Positions 63,351-63,701 of a stretch of 63,701 bases of DNA are shown here, piece by piece (position 1 is the stretch's first letter; each line of letters starts with the position of its first letter). A program made the translations under genes and the position numbers. The notes beneath the pieces were generated by a model, which did not search any database, was not told the origin of the DNA, and was given only the letters and a program-made list of their open reading frames with translations. Source of the stretch: Octopus bimaculoides (Eukaryota); assembly GCF_001194135.2 (NCBI RefSeq), contig NC_069000.1, positions 8,200,278 through 8,263,978 of the forward strand, in the 5' to 3' direction.

Positions 63351-63434
63351 AATTTAATACATATTTGTGTATGTGGGCTAAATTTAATACATATTTGTGT
63401 ATGTGGGCTAAATTTAATACATATTTGTGTATGT
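63351..63434. repeat. 30-bp tandem repeat, about 2.8 copies
   Basis: AATTTAATACATATTTGTGTATGTGGGCTA repeated at 63351, 63381 and 63411. Confidence 0.95.
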
Positions 63435-63604
63435 CTCCAGTTCTTGTAGTGACGATGGTGGAGGACATCAACTCCTTACTTGCATTTTCTAAAATGCACC
63501 ATAAATGTTCAGTAATATTGAAATCTGGGGACTGTAGTGGCCAGATAAGATGTTCAACTTCACTAGAATGTTCCTCGTGCCATTCAGTAACAACTTTAAC
63601 TGTG

Positions 63605-63701
63605 TGAAGTGGTGGAACCTTGGTAAAAGGACTTCTACTCTAGCCTCGAGCCGACCAAAGCGTTCTGAGAGGGTTTGGTAGACGGAAACTGAAGGCGGCC
63701 C
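63605..63701 (+). mobile_element. SINE family B, cut by the window end
   Basis: CCTTGGTAAAAGGACTTCTACTCTAGCCTCGAGCCGACCAAAGCG...TTTGGTAGACGGAAACTGAAG. Confidence 0.75.

Larger units (their letters stand above)
1..63701. repeat. Pervasive microsatellites ((TA)n, (CA)n, (GA)n, (TATG)n, (TATC)n, (GACA)n, (TAA)n) and about 13 assembly gaps
   Basis: Read directly; most gaps (e.g. 5627-5868, 24691-24919, 25944-26667, 36422-37190) abut (TA)n or (CA)n tracts. Confidence 0.97.

Overview
Repeat-saturated, AT-rich animal DNA with about 13 N-gaps, most of them next to microsatellites. The tRNA-headed SINE families and (TA)n/(CA)n/(TATC)n density look like an octopus (coleoid cephalopod) short-read scaffold; this is recognised from memory, not searched. 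No long gene is present, and almost all ORFs in the supplied track are translated microsatellites or N-runs. Well supported by sequence: many SINE copies from four families, often in head-to-tail arrays or inverted pairs; degenerate Penelope-like (PLE) RT and GIY-YIG fragments from two lineages; mariner, RTE, CR1 and possible Gypsy remnants; MITE ends; and a 31-bp minisatellite. Items worth follow-up: (1) a complete type I minimal hammerhead ribozyme at 11239-11293(-), plus two weaker ones; (2) a chain of small phase-compatible candidate exons on the minus strand, two of which (22946-22999 and 19009-19103) encode similar peptides with mostly synonymous divergence, suggesting duplicated or alternative exons of an unidentified long-intron gene; (3) a 71-nt tRNA-like cloverleaf with an extended acceptor stem beside a foldback repeat; (4) two pre-miRNA-like hairpins; (5) a compact promoter-like CpG-rich element. 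All exon calls are manual hypotheses. SINE and TE boundaries are approximate (tens of bp).
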